A stretch of DNA of 35,375 nucleotides from Candidatus Heimdallarchaeota archaeon. GTDB taxonomy: Archaea > Asgardarchaeota > Heimdallarchaeia > Hodarchaeales > Hodarchaeaceae. The stretch covers positions 1-35,375 of the forward strand of contig JBHLSH010000037.1 of assembly GCA_048881705.1 (NCBI GenBank), read 5' to 3'. Shown here piece after piece: positions 9,444 through 18,619 of the stretch. Each line of letters opens with the position of its first letter. Position 1 is the stretch's first letter. The notes under the pieces are model-generated. The model was not told the origin of the DNA. It searched no databases and saw only the letters and a list, made by a program, of their open reading frames with translations. The position numbers were made by a program, and so were the translations under genes.

Positions 9444-10109
9444 TTGAATCCGAGTAATGGGTTAGACGAAAGCGAGACACTGAGGTCAAGCAATATAGGT
9501 GAAAGCGAGATTCGACTTAGTACTCTATTAACTTCTCTAACCAAGGAAATTGTTACAATGCCCGCTAATCGACCAGTCGCTGAAGCGGCAAAACTGATGG
9601 TGGATCATAAGATTGGTTCTGTTCTTCTAAAAGCTGAAGAGGGGGAGAACGGAGACATCATAGGAATCATAACGAAGGGAGACATCATTACTCGGGTGGT
9701 GGGACGAGGACTCGATCCAGGAATAATAATAGCCGATGATGTTATGTCATCACCAGTTCATATCGTTTCTGAAGATGAAACATTGGAAAACACCATGCTT
9801 CTTATGAGTCAATATGATATAGAACGAATGCTTGTTGTAGACGAGGAGGACCGCCCTCTTGCTATTGTTTCTACAAATGATATCCTAAGATTCTCTCCGG
9901 GCCTCCTTCGGATCCGTCGTGAACGACTTCTTATTGAATCTCTTCCCGATGATGTGAACCATACAAAAACTCTCTTTAAAGGATTCTGTGATGATTGTGG
10001 GAACTATTCTGAGGAATTATCGTCCATGAGCGGATATACTCTATGTCCCGATTGTCTCCTTGGCTCTCCGATGGATGATGATCACATCACGGACGATGAC
10101 ATAATGTGA
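9444..10109 (+). CDS. CBS-pair protein with C-terminal CxxC...CxxC zinc ribbon
   Basis: Two CBS repeats (EAAKLMVDHKIGS..GIITKGDI; DDVMSSPV..AIVSTNDIL), then GFCDDCGNY...LCPDC. TTG start uncertain. Confidence 0.85.
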   Translation: MNPSNGLDESETLRSSNIGESEIRLSTLLTSLTKEIVTMPANRPVAEAAKLMVDHKIGSVLLKAEEGENGDIIGIITKGDIITRVVGRGLDPGIIIADDVMSSPVHIVSEDETLENTMLLMSQYDIERMLVVDEEDRPLAIVSTNDILRFSPGLLRIRRERLLIESLPDDVNHTKTLFKGFCDDCGNYSEELSSMSGYTLCPDCLLGSPMDDDHITDDDIM

Positions 10110-12146
10110 TCAGCCAGCATTACCCAGGTTGTCCACTTCTGAAATAATAGAATTATGAGGGATTGCGTTTACAAATTCATTCAGGTCAACTGCCTGTACC
10201 TTAGCCTTCACAGTCGGGTTAGCAGCCTTTTTTAGAAAGATATTCTTGATCTGTTTTGCGATTTTTCCTTTGGAAGTAGTTCCAGGCTTAATAGTCACCA
10301 AGATGTTACTGAGTTCTCGAATATCTTCCGAGGTCCCATATACTACAACTGCGTTCTCCTCAAGGATCTTGACACCTATTACTAGGTTCATTTCGACACC
10401 TCTAACATATTTTCGGGACCCACGTACCATAATTCCTCCTTTCGGGAGATATTCACCGCTAGGAGCGGTAAATCCCACGTTTTCCGAAGAAACGTAGTAA
10501 ACATCAACGGCACCGTATCCGGCTTTCCATCCACTCGAAAACACAGCGGCAAGTTGAGCTGCGGTTCCGATATCAGCCTCTAAAAGCTCATTTTCGCTGC
10601 TATTCATTAAAAGGACGGTGTACGGAGCCCCCTGTAATTCTGCATGAAAAAAAAGATCGGTTTTTCCCATTCTGCGCTTCGCAATTTCATCATTAGTAGA
10701 AATATCTTTTCCAGCGATCACCAAGAACCCATTTTTGGTTTTTGTCCAGTGATATTTTTCGTACCACTTTCTCTTCCTGCGTTTCAGCCTGGAGGTCACC
10801 GATTCGGTTTGGGTTTGTATTTCAAGGCCCTGTGTTAAATCCGCGATTTTTTGTTCCGTTGTTACGATGGCTTCTTGAGCAGGAACGATTTTTCTACCCG
10901 CTTTCTTGGCACGTTCGTAATATTCGTTCGCAATCTCGGATACCGATTTCCGAAAATTCACTTCAATTTGGGTAGATTCCAAATTCAACTGGACCAATCC
11001 ACGGCTAGGAAGAATATTTTCAAGGATCACGGCTGAAGGGACGCCCTGTTTTTTGGCCTGTATTAATTTGGTCTCAATTTCCTCCCATGGGATGTTTTTC
11101 GTTCTCGCATTGGTAATTGTTGACAATAATTCGTAAATAGTATCGAAGTTCCTGTAGATTATATCACCTATTTCTCTAAAACGCTTCTGTTTCTCTTCAT
11201 ATTCTTTTACAGTCTTTTTTTGACTACTTAATATCTTTAAGAGCCTTTGCTTTTGCTGGTTTTCTCGAGCAAGTTCGATCGATTTGGTTTCTACCGTATT
11301 GGTATAATAGAAATCTAGAGCCTGTGAAAACTTCTCAACAGGTTTAACGGGATGAAGATTCGAATGGAAGTTGATTGGTTGATAGCCACATAACTTTCCC
11401 TTTTCATCTAGGATTATAGCTGGATTCGGCTTTTGGAGATCTTCCTTAAGGGAGATAATAGCATTTACTAGCTGTTTGATATCCTGAACATCTACGGACC
11501 TAATTGGAGTCGTTTTGGGAATATTTGCTCGGGCAAGGATTTCTTCCATGAGAAGTCCGCCTCCCCCTGATCCTCGAGCGAGTCTCTTTACAATTTCTTC
11601 ATCAGGATCTGAACCAGCAGAAATAATCTTTTCTATCTGTTCAGGCAATTCTATATCCAGAATTGCTTTTCCCCGTGAAGGCGGGAGTTCGAACACTTTT
11701 CCCGGCAGAATATCACGGTGTCTCATTTTTTTGTACCATAAAGCGTAAATAACTCTGTTCATTTCATCGACCACCAAGAAATTTGGTCGATTTCCAAACA
11801 ATTCGATATAGAGTCGATATTGCTGTTTTCCCTTGAGTTCTATCTTTATCAGGCGATCGAAATCGATCTGACTGATTTCTATTACTTCGGCTCCTTTGAT
11901 GTGACTTCGCAAGTTCAATATTTTATCGATGGGTCGCTCGGGCACAGAATGCTTAAACTCGGTGAGATGGATTCTAATGCCTGGTTCGATTAGGAGAAAT
12001 GGGGTTTTGTATTGTCCCCTTCCTTTCATTTTTAGGAGAAAGAAACGATCCAAAGAGTCTCGATACACGTTATCAATTCGGTAGTTGATTAATCCCTGTA
12101 ACTCTTGTACCATCGAAAAAATATCTAAACTGGACATCTGGCGCAT
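10110..12146 (-). CDS. rqcH: Ribosome quality control protein RqcH/Rqc2 (NEMF/NFACT family)
   Basis: NFACT-N start MSSLDI, QIDFDR, IELFG..NF, coiled coils, NFACT-R KWYEKYHW...LVIAGKD...DLFFHAELQGAP, APSGEYLPKGG. Confidence 0.93.
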   Translation of the reverse strand: MRQMSSLDIFSMVQELQGLINYRIDNVYRDSLDRFFLLKMKGRGQYKTPFLLIEPGIRIHLTEFKHSVPERPIDKILNLRSHIKGAEVIEISQIDFDRLIKIELKGKQQYRLYIELFGNRPNFLVVDEMNRVIYALWYKKMRHRDILPGKVFELPPSRGKAILDIELPEQIEKIISAGSDPDEEIVKRLARGSGGGGLLMEEILARANIPKTTPIRSVDVQDIKQLVNAIISLKEDLQKPNPAIILDEKGKLCGYQPINFHSNLHPVKPVEKFSQALDFYYTNTVETKSIELARENQQKQRLLKILSSQKKTVKEYEEKQKRFREIGDIIYRNFDTIYELLSTITNARTKNIPWEEIETKLIQAKKQGVPSAVILENILPSRGLVQLNLESTQIEVNFRKSVSEIANEYYERAKKAGRKIVPAQEAIVTTEQKIADLTQGLEIQTQTESVTSRLKRRKRKWYEKYHWTKTKNGFLVIAGKDISTNDEIAKRRMGKTDLFFHAELQGAPYTVLLMNSSENELLEADIGTAAQLAAVFSSGWKAGYGAVDVYYVSSENVGFTAPSGEYLPKGGIMVRGSRKYVRGVEMNLVIGVKILEENAVVVYGTSEDIRELSNILVTIKPGTTSKGKIAKQIKNIFLKKAANPTVKAKVQAVDLNEFVNAIPHNSIISEVDNLGNAG

Positions 12147-12205
12147 CGACCATCTCGTCTCCTTGTAAATAGGATAATTGCTTTCTGAAGGTTAGTAATC
12201 TTGTA

Positions 12206-12226
12206 ATTAGCCATGAAATGGCTAAT
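12206..12226. promoter_or_regulatory. Operator-like perfect inverted repeat between rqcH and the membrane zinc-ribbon gene
   Basis: ATTAGCCAT-GAA-ATGGCTAAT: 9-bp perfect arms with a 3-bp spacer, in a divergent intergenic region. Confidence 0.5.
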
Positions 12227-12311
12227 CTTAGGATCGAAATAAAGGAAATTGTTAATATCGTCGATAGGGTATGGTTATATTACTGGCAGAAAAACCCTCA
12301 GGTTGAGTATT

Positions 12312-12887
12312 ATGGCGAAAACCGCAAATCCCTTGATCAACGTAATTCTTGTTTTTTCCGTTGGCCTATCTGCTCTAGAAATCGCTCAATTAGTGTTTGA
12401 TCCTGCCAATGCTACTTCATTAACAACATTTGCTTTCCAGCCTGTACTTCAAAGCATGTTTCAAGGAATGTTTCTATCATCGGACTCTTTAACATCTTTT
12501 TGGGCTGTTTTGGTCGCCTGGGGAATCTCAGGTGCCATTGCAGGAGTTCGTGCTAAGAATGGATTTTGGGGGGCTTTTGCTGGATTTCTAGGAACCATTC
12601 TTGGAGCAGGGTTTCTTGCTTCAGCCAATATTACCGCCCTAGACGCCAGTTCCGCTCTTATTGAATTCGCCATGGGAACCGCAGCGTGTACATTGGTTGC
12701 TGGTATTGCCGCGTTCGCGACGGGAAATGCCACCAAAGTTGTGGAGGAGCCAAATATCGAAAAAGAGCGGACTAGAAAGGTTTGGACACGGTCCAAACAG
12801 GAAATATGGATTTGTAAACGATGTGGAAACCAGATTCCTCCTGGCGCGTTTAGTTGCCCATCTTGTGGTGAACCTGTTATAGAATGA
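12312..12887 (+). CDS. Hypothetical multi-pass membrane protein with C-terminal zinc ribbon
   Basis: About 4 G/A-rich TM helices, then a basic linker and WICKRCG..CPSCG. ATG 12312 (GGTTGAG upstream) preferred over TTG 12249. Confidence 0.8.
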   Translation: MAKTANPLINVILVFSVGLSALEIAQLVFDPANATSLTTFAFQPVLQSMFQGMFLSSDSLTSFWAVLVAWGISGAIAGVRAKNGFWGAFAGFLGTILGAGFLASANITALDASSALIEFAMGTAACTLVAGIAAFATGNATKVVEEPNIEKERTRKVWTRSKQEIWICKRCGNQIPPGAFSCPSCGEPVIE

Positions 12888-12906
12888 TGGCTTTTGTCAT
12901 TTAACT

Positions 12907-12920
12907 AGAAAAAAGAAAGA
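12907..12920 (-). terminator. Oligo-U tract between convergent genes
   Basis: The minus strand reads TCTTTCTTTTTTCT about 55 nt after the stop at 12977. Confidence 0.35.
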
Positions 12921-12976
12921 TGTGAGCTCCTGATTATCCATTTACCACTAAATCCGTAGTCTTCATTATTTTGAAC

Positions 12977-13498
12977 CTAGATAATTCGCTTTTGTCTTAG
13001 ATGGTCTAATTTGCGAATTGCTCTCTGATCAATGACAGTAGAGAGCTTTTTGAGTACATCATCTAGGTGAGAAAATTTTTTGTTATTGATAACCGTGTAA
13101 ATTTCTGCTATTCCTGAAAATGTGTTTGAGTGGAGTGATTTGTGCGCATTCTGTAAGGTTGGTTCCATTTGCTTAAGAATTTGGATGATGTCTCGGGAGA
13201 GCTGGGCCCCGGCTCCAGGAAGGGTGCTTTCTAGAAATTCAACTCCTTCTAGAGCTACCAGAGATTCATTCAATTCCCAATACTGATCGATCAATTCATT
13301 AACTATGACGTTGATTCTCTCCAAGGCTTTCTTTGCTTCGATGCCATCCCCTTCGCTGAAAGCCTTTAAATATGCGGCATGCTTGCGTAATTCCTCGTAA
13401 AAGTCCGAGGTTTGGGCACGATATGTTTCGATATTACGCATTAAGCGTTTAATCTCAGCTGAAACAGAAGTAGAAACACGATACTCGGTGTCGTTCAT
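12977..13498 (-). CDS. Hypothetical alpha-helical protein
   Basis: ATG 13498 with AGGAG upstream preferred over 13597. 173 aa of amphipathic helices; no family recognised. Confidence 0.7.
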   Translation of the reverse strand: MNDTEYRVSTSVSAEIKRLMRNIETYRAQTSDFYEELRKHAAYLKAFSEGDGIEAKKALERINVIVNELIDQYWELNESLVALEGVEFLESTLPGAGAQLSRDIIQILKQMEPTLQNAHKSLHSNTFSGIAEIYTVINNKKFSHLDDVLKKLSTVIDQRAIRKLDHLRQKRII

Positions 13499-13680
13499 TG
13501 GATGATGTCTCCTTTCAATCAAGTAGGTGGATGTGAATAGACGGTCTAAAAATTTGTATTGGTGACCCAAATTTCCAATGGTTTCCAACACCACCATTTT
13601 ATCCCTGTCATTCGCTCCTAAATAAACCTTTACTTACGAGCACAAGGGGGAGTTTTAGATAGGAATTTGATATAATATTC

Positions 13681-15030
13681 TCAGGGAAAGGCATTATAGC
13701 GCTCCAGAGACAGAATCTCTCCTTTGAGGTTCTTTGGCATGAGTTCTTTGACCCTATTAACACTGTAATTCGCCAGAAGATAAGAAAGTTTAATATAGGC
13801 TGTTTCTGGGAGCATATTCCCTACTGGCACAACTCCAGCCTTTATCAAACGACGGCCTGTTTCGTAGACAGACATTCCAGTGAAGCCATGGAGGGCTTGC
13901 GTGGCCATTACAACAACCATTTCCAATTCAGTGGTGGCTGCTTGAACCAACGGAATAAGCTTCGAAGAAATATGGCCAAGTCCAGTACCTACTAGTACGA
14001 TTCCCTTGTAGCCGTTTTCCAGGAAATATTCTAAGTTTCCCGGCTGTACCCCAGGATAATGCTGAAACATGGCCACCATCGGCTCAAACTTCTTTTTAAT
14101 CTGAAATTTCCTCGTTTCAGGGGCCTCCTCTTGTAAGAAGGGCGTATCTTCCTGGTTGTACATGATCTTTCCGGCTTCAATTCGACCTAGAGGGGCAGCA
14201 CCGATTGTTTGAAATGTATCTCGCCGACTGCTATGCATCTTCCGAACACGTGTTGCCTGATGTATTGAGCATGCAGTATCGGAGGATGTTTCATGCATGA
14301 TAACAACGACTTCTTTTTTTGCCTCTGGTGATGAAACATACATGACAGAATTGTACAGGTTAAAAAATGAGTCAGAAGAGGGGCGATCAGAAGATCGCTG
14401 AGACCCTGTAATGACAATAGGAATTGGGGAATTTGTTATTGCAAAGGAAATCGCCGCTGCCGTAAAAGCCATCGTATCAGTACCATGCGTCAATACAACT
14501 CCCTGCGCCTTTTTCTGCTTTATTAGTTTTTCAATTTCCTCTAAAATCTTTGTATAATGCTCAAATCCGATGTTTTCGGAGAATAGCTCGAAGATCAATC
14601 GTGTTTTTATTCTGGCTAAATTGGCAATTTCTGGAAACGATGATAACAGTTCTTCGGGGGATAAAGCGGGGATAGTTCCTCCAGTTTCGTAATCTAGACG
14701 GCTAGCGATGGTTCCTCCGCAACCGAGGATTGGGATAAACGGAAGATCAGTTTTTGTAGTCACATCGGCCCGAGGAACACGATATTCTCCTTTTCTTCGC
14801 CCTGTTTTTTTTACTGTTTGAATTCCCCGTGTGCTAATTCCAATGTTATAGCCTGTGGCAAGTTTCAAGGTAACGTATCCTGGACTCGCGAGCTCATTCC
14901 GAGGGAGAATGACACCTTTTATTTTTGAACCGCTTTTCACGACTTCAATTTCATCCCATACTTCAAGCTGGTTATTTTGAAGCCATTGCAGTGTTGATCC
15001 TAGATATCCCGCGTATTCCTCGTTGGACAT
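13681..15030 (-). CDS. gatD: Glu-tRNA(Gln) amidotransferase subunit D
   Basis: GatD N-terminal domain (VTLKLATGYNIG) plus asparaginase motifs GGTIAS, HGTDT, GSQRSSDRPSSD, KMHSSRRD. Confidence 0.97.
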   Translation of the reverse strand: MSNEEYAGYLGSTLQWLQNNQLEVWDEIEVVKSGSKIKGVILPRNELASPGYVTLKLATGYNIGISTRGIQTVKKTGRRKGEYRVPRADVTTKTDLPFIPILGCGGTIASRLDYETGGTIPALSPEELLSSFPEIANLARIKTRLIFELFSENIGFEHYTKILEEIEKLIKQKKAQGVVLTHGTDTMAFTAAAISFAITNSPIPIVITGSQRSSDRPSSDSFFNLYNSVMYVSSPEAKKEVVVIMHETSSDTACSIHQATRVRKMHSSRRDTFQTIGAAPLGRIEAGKIMYNQEDTPFLQEEAPETRKFQIKKKFEPMVAMFQHYPGVQPGNLEYFLENGYKGIVLVGTGLGHISSKLIPLVQAATTELEMVVVMATQALHGFTGMSVYETGRRLIKAGVVPVGNMLPETAYIKLSYLLANYSVNRVKELMPKNLKGEILSLERYNAFP

Positions 15031-15032
15031 CT

Positions 15033-17006
15033 CTATTTCACCTCATTTATGCGTTTTAATCGTTCATGAAGCAACCGTCGTAAGGTTTCACTAACAACTC
15101 TACCGTCTATTTTTCCGCGTGCCTGCTTCATCACCAGACCCATCAGCGGGGATTGCGCATCCATACCCCGTTCCAAGATTAATTGGTGTGAGTTATCCAA
15201 CAGCTCTTCGACAAGCAACTCTAAGTCTTCCTGGGACATTCCTCCACCTAAATTCGCAATAACTGCTGAAATGTTTTGTTTAGGATTCTTTCCTATCATT
15301 GTTAAGATATCCGGGATCGCCTCTTTTGCGATTTTCTTTTGATCTAGTGCTTCAAAAATCTCAAGAAGGTGTTTATCTTGAATAGTGTGGATATTGACCT
15401 CATCTCGTGACAACGCAGTGAGAGTTTGAGTCAAAGTTGTTATTACCGTTTTCATAGGGGCACCTCGGGCGATTAACGCTTCGAAGACTTCGATCTTATC
15501 ATCATAAACCAGATCTTCAGCTAACTTCTCCGAAACGCCATAAGTGGAACGAATTCGCTCGATCCTATCCCAAAAGGGTTCAGGAAGATTTTTCTCAATT
15601 TTCAAGACCTCTTCCTGGTCAATTACAATGGGGGGAAGATCGGTATCTGGATACAGTCGGCTTCGACCATGAAGATCTCTCATAAAGGTAGAAATACCCT
15701 CAGCATTTACCCGTCTTGTCTCTTGAGGAACTCCTTTAAAGGCATCAAGTACACGATCATGTACGAATGTCAATGCTCGTTTGGCTTCTTCTTCCGCACC
15801 TATGACAATAATAAAAGCAGAATCTTTAGATAAAATCTTCTTCCCAATGGCGGCAATCTCTCCTGGTGAAAATCCATATTTTCCGAGATCTTCATCACTG
15901 TGGATTATACCCTTAAGATCGGTAAAAGCTTGAACTCTATCGGAGAGTTCAGTACCGAATCGCTTATTTGGTTGGAGTTGGAAACCCAACAACCCCTGAA
16001 ATCCCTCTAGAGAGAGAAGGAATATTTTTTCATTTCGTTCTAAGGCAAGCTTGACCATATTGGATTTTGTTTCCTTGAAAACGTCAGTAATATCCCTGAG
16101 ACGAGGAGGTGTATCTCCAGGTACCACCTTGCGTTTTTCTAACTCCTTTTTAATCTTTAGCAAGCCAATCTGACGTTGAATCTCCAAATCTATCGCAACA
16201 GGGATTAGCTGGAGTTGCTGTATTCCTTTCAATTCAACCCGATCCCCTTCCTCAATGCTGACATTGATATCCTGCCGAAGCGCTCCCAATCCCTTTCGCA
16301 CGATTCCGGAGGATTTGATTAACATCCCCAAGGTACGTGCCGCATGAACGACCTCTAAGGGGGTTTTCAAATTGTGATACGTAACTATTTCAACCAAAGG
16401 AATCCCAAGACGATCAAGTTTAAAATACACGTCTTTTCCTTTTGTTAGGATATTGTTCTTTCGTGCAGCATCTTCTTCAATATAAAACCACGTTATGGGA
16501 AGGCGTTTTTCTCCATTTCCTCCTATGCTACCTGTTTTAAACGTAATATAGCCATTATAGCCGATTAGTGTTGTTCGTTGAAACCCACCTGGAACTGATC
16601 CATCCAGATAATTCTTACGACACACGTTTGTTTCTTCAACGATGTTACAATTCAGCATTTTTGCCAGTTTGATGCTGTCATATAGTGCATCAGGGTTTAT
16701 AGGAAAAGGAGGCGTCTCATCTAGTTCATAAGTACATACAGTTTCAAATACCTCGTAAAAGATAGTCTTATCCTTCTTAAACTCGATAAGCATAGCGGGG
16801 TCATAAAGCCCCATTTCTCCAATAACGGGGCGAAATTTCCGCTGAACAATATCTTGGGGCTTAGCCTGCGTTAAAGCTGCAGGACAATGACAAAAGAGCT
16901 TCATATTGGAGGTCAACTGCGCGTGTATTTCGATTCCCGCCTTAAAATTTAATTCTCTGTAATCATGTGTCTTGGTTGTCACTATCTTTCGCATCCAAAT
17001 TGTCAT
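15033..17006 (-). CDS. gatE: Glu-tRNA(Gln) amidotransferase subunit E
   Basis: KAGIEIHAQL, YLDGSVPGGFQRT, LDRLGIPLVEI, GALRQDINVSIEEG.RVELKG, RLYPDTDLPP, C-terminal Yqey-like domain. Start could be 16994. Confidence 0.97.
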   Translation of the reverse strand: MTIWMRKIVTTKTHDYRELNFKAGIEIHAQLTSNMKLFCHCPAALTQAKPQDIVQRKFRPVIGEMGLYDPAMLIEFKKDKTIFYEVFETVCTYELDETPPFPINPDALYDSIKLAKMLNCNIVEETNVCRKNYLDGSVPGGFQRTTLIGYNGYITFKTGSIGGNGEKRLPITWFYIEEDAARKNNILTKGKDVYFKLDRLGIPLVEIVTYHNLKTPLEVVHAARTLGMLIKSSGIVRKGLGALRQDINVSIEEGDRVELKGIQQLQLIPVAIDLEIQRQIGLLKIKKELEKRKVVPGDTPPRLRDITDVFKETKSNMVKLALERNEKIFLLSLEGFQGLLGFQLQPNKRFGTELSDRVQAFTDLKGIIHSDEDLGKYGFSPGEIAAIGKKILSKDSAFIIVIGAEEEAKRALTFVHDRVLDAFKGVPQETRRVNAEGISTFMRDLHGRSRLYPDTDLPPIVIDQEEVLKIEKNLPEPFWDRIERIRSTYGVSEKLAEDLVYDDKIEVFEALIARGAPMKTVITTLTQTLTALSRDEVNIHTIQDKHLLEIFEALDQKKIAKEAIPDILTMIGKNPKQNISAVIANLGGGMSQEDLELLVEELLDNSHQLILERGMDAQSPLMGLVMKQARGKIDGRVVSETLRRLLHERLKRINEVK

Positions 17007-17197
17007 TAAATATATGCTAACAAGAAATGGCTAAAAACGGCAATTATCGATGTCTACAACTGGGAATAATTCATGGAGCTGGCCAGGTTCCACTACGTGT
17101 CGCTCCTAAATTTTGATTCAATGAAATTAAACTCCGAAAGCTTGATTCATGTGAGGTAATTTAAGTCACACAGTGTTTATTGATTGAGGTCCATAAC

Positions 17198-18472
17198 ATG
17201 GAAGCGGTGATTCTCGCTGCTGGTAAAGGTACACGCCTTTATCCTATTACTAAGACCCTCCCTAAACCGTTAATTCCGATCGCTGGGCGGCCACTTCTTT
17301 TTCACCTGTTGGATAACTTTCCTCCCAATATAGAGAGTGCAACTATAGTTATCGGGCATGAAGCTGATCTTGTCAAACGGAGCATCGCTCAGAGAGATCT
17401 TCCTTTTAAAATCCGATATGTTAGTCAAGAGGAGCAACGAGGAACAGGAGATGCCATCAGTCTTTGTCAACCATATATTACCTCTTCACACTTTTTAATG
17501 GTTTTTGGAGATATTTATACTCCCCGTACGGTAATTCACAACATGATCGAAATGAGTCAGGGTTATAACAACATGAATGGTGCTCTAGCAGGAGTAGTAG
17601 TTGAAAATCCCGAAAATTATGGATGTTTGGAGCTTAGAGATGGCCAATTGTATAAAATTCATGAAAAAGTGTCTAAGCCTCCCAGTAATCAAATCTCAGC
17701 TGGAGTAATGATTCTCCCTTCTGGCATATTGGACTTTCTAGCGAAGACACCCGAATCCCCGAGGGGCGAAATCGAGTTAACCGATGCAATAAATCGATTT
17801 GTCCGAAACAAGGGGAGATTCACGATTTATCCCATCAAGGACTATTGGATTGATATTGGGTACCCCTGGCATATTCTTGATGCAAATGAGCTTGGTATGG
17901 ATCATCTTACAAAACCAAAATCACAGATTTCCGTACCAGGCGTAACCATTGAAGGAATCGTTCAGATCGCAAGTACAGCCACTTTAAGGCCTGGTACATT
18001 TATTCAAGGGCCTGCAGTTATTGATGATAACGCGTTAATTGGACCCAATTGCTTTATTCGCCCTGGAACTTATGTCGGAAAAAACGTTCGTATTGGGAAT
18101 GCAGTCGAAATTAAAAATAGCATTATATTAGACCGAACAACAATAGGACACCTATCTTACATAGGAGATTCCATCATAGGAAGAAATTGCAATTTTGGGG
18201 CAGGTACCAAGGTTGCCAACCTTAAATTGGACAGCAGTGAAATTCACATGACGATAAGGGGGCAAAAAATCAAAACTGGACGCAAAAAACTAGGAATTTT
18301 CATGGGGGATAATGTAAAGACAGGAATCAATGTTTCGTTTATGCCAGGTGTGTATATAGGAGAAAATACTCATATAGGTGCCCATACTCCGATCACCAAG
18401 AACATTTCAGAAAATACTCTGGTATACTGGGATCCTCAATCTGGCTATGTCGAAAAAGCTCGTCCCACCTAG
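17198..18472 (+). CDS. glmU: Bifunctional sugar-1-phosphate nucleotidyltransferase/acetyltransferase (archaeal GlmU-like)
   Basis: ILAAGKGTRLYP...PKPL, SPRGEIELTDA, WIDIGYPW, hexapeptide repeat domain (HLSYIGDSIIG..NFGAGT, GRKKLG). GAGGT upstream of ATG 17198. Confidence 0.88.
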   Translation: MEAVILAAGKGTRLYPITKTLPKPLIPIAGRPLLFHLLDNFPPNIESATIVIGHEADLVKRSIAQRDLPFKIRYVSQEEQRGTGDAISLCQPYITSSHFLMVFGDIYTPRTVIHNMIEMSQGYNNMNGALAGVVVENPENYGCLELRDGQLYKIHEKVSKPPSNQISAGVMILPSGILDFLAKTPESPRGEIELTDAINRFVRNKGRFTIYPIKDYWIDIGYPWHILDANELGMDHLTKPKSQISVPGVTIEGIVQIASTATLRPGTFIQGPAVIDDNALIGPNCFIRPGTYVGKNVRIGNAVEIKNSIILDRTTIGHLSYIGDSIIGRNCNFGAGTKVANLKLDSSEIHMTIRGQKIKTGRKKLGIFMGDNVKTGINVSFMPGVYIGENTHIGAHTPITKNISENTLVYWDPQSGYVEKARPT

Positions 18473-18619
18473 GTGGGCTGAGTACGAGTCAATATGATGC
18501 CCTTCCCCAGATTGGAGAGATTAACGCGTTTCAAAAAAGCAGGAGCGCCCCTCAGTATCGAATCAAACTAGCTTGCCCGAACAAATATCCCATTGGTGCG
18601 TCGATTCCGTCTTATTCTT

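Noticed and set aside
9433-9483. C/D-like arrangement (ATGAAAC...CCGA...TAGACGA...CTGA) at the CBS gene start
   Set aside because: Poor C box, no closing stem, no recognisable target, and it overlaps coding sequence.
10107-10112. Back-to-back stop codons (TGATCA) of the convergent CBS and rqcH genes
   Set aside because: A zero-gap convergence is ordinary in compact archaeal genomes.
18464-18477. Perfect 14-bp palindrome CCCACCTAGGTGGG over the glmU stop
   Set aside because: About 2 such palindromes are expected by chance in 35 kb (35375/4^7). No U-tract follows.
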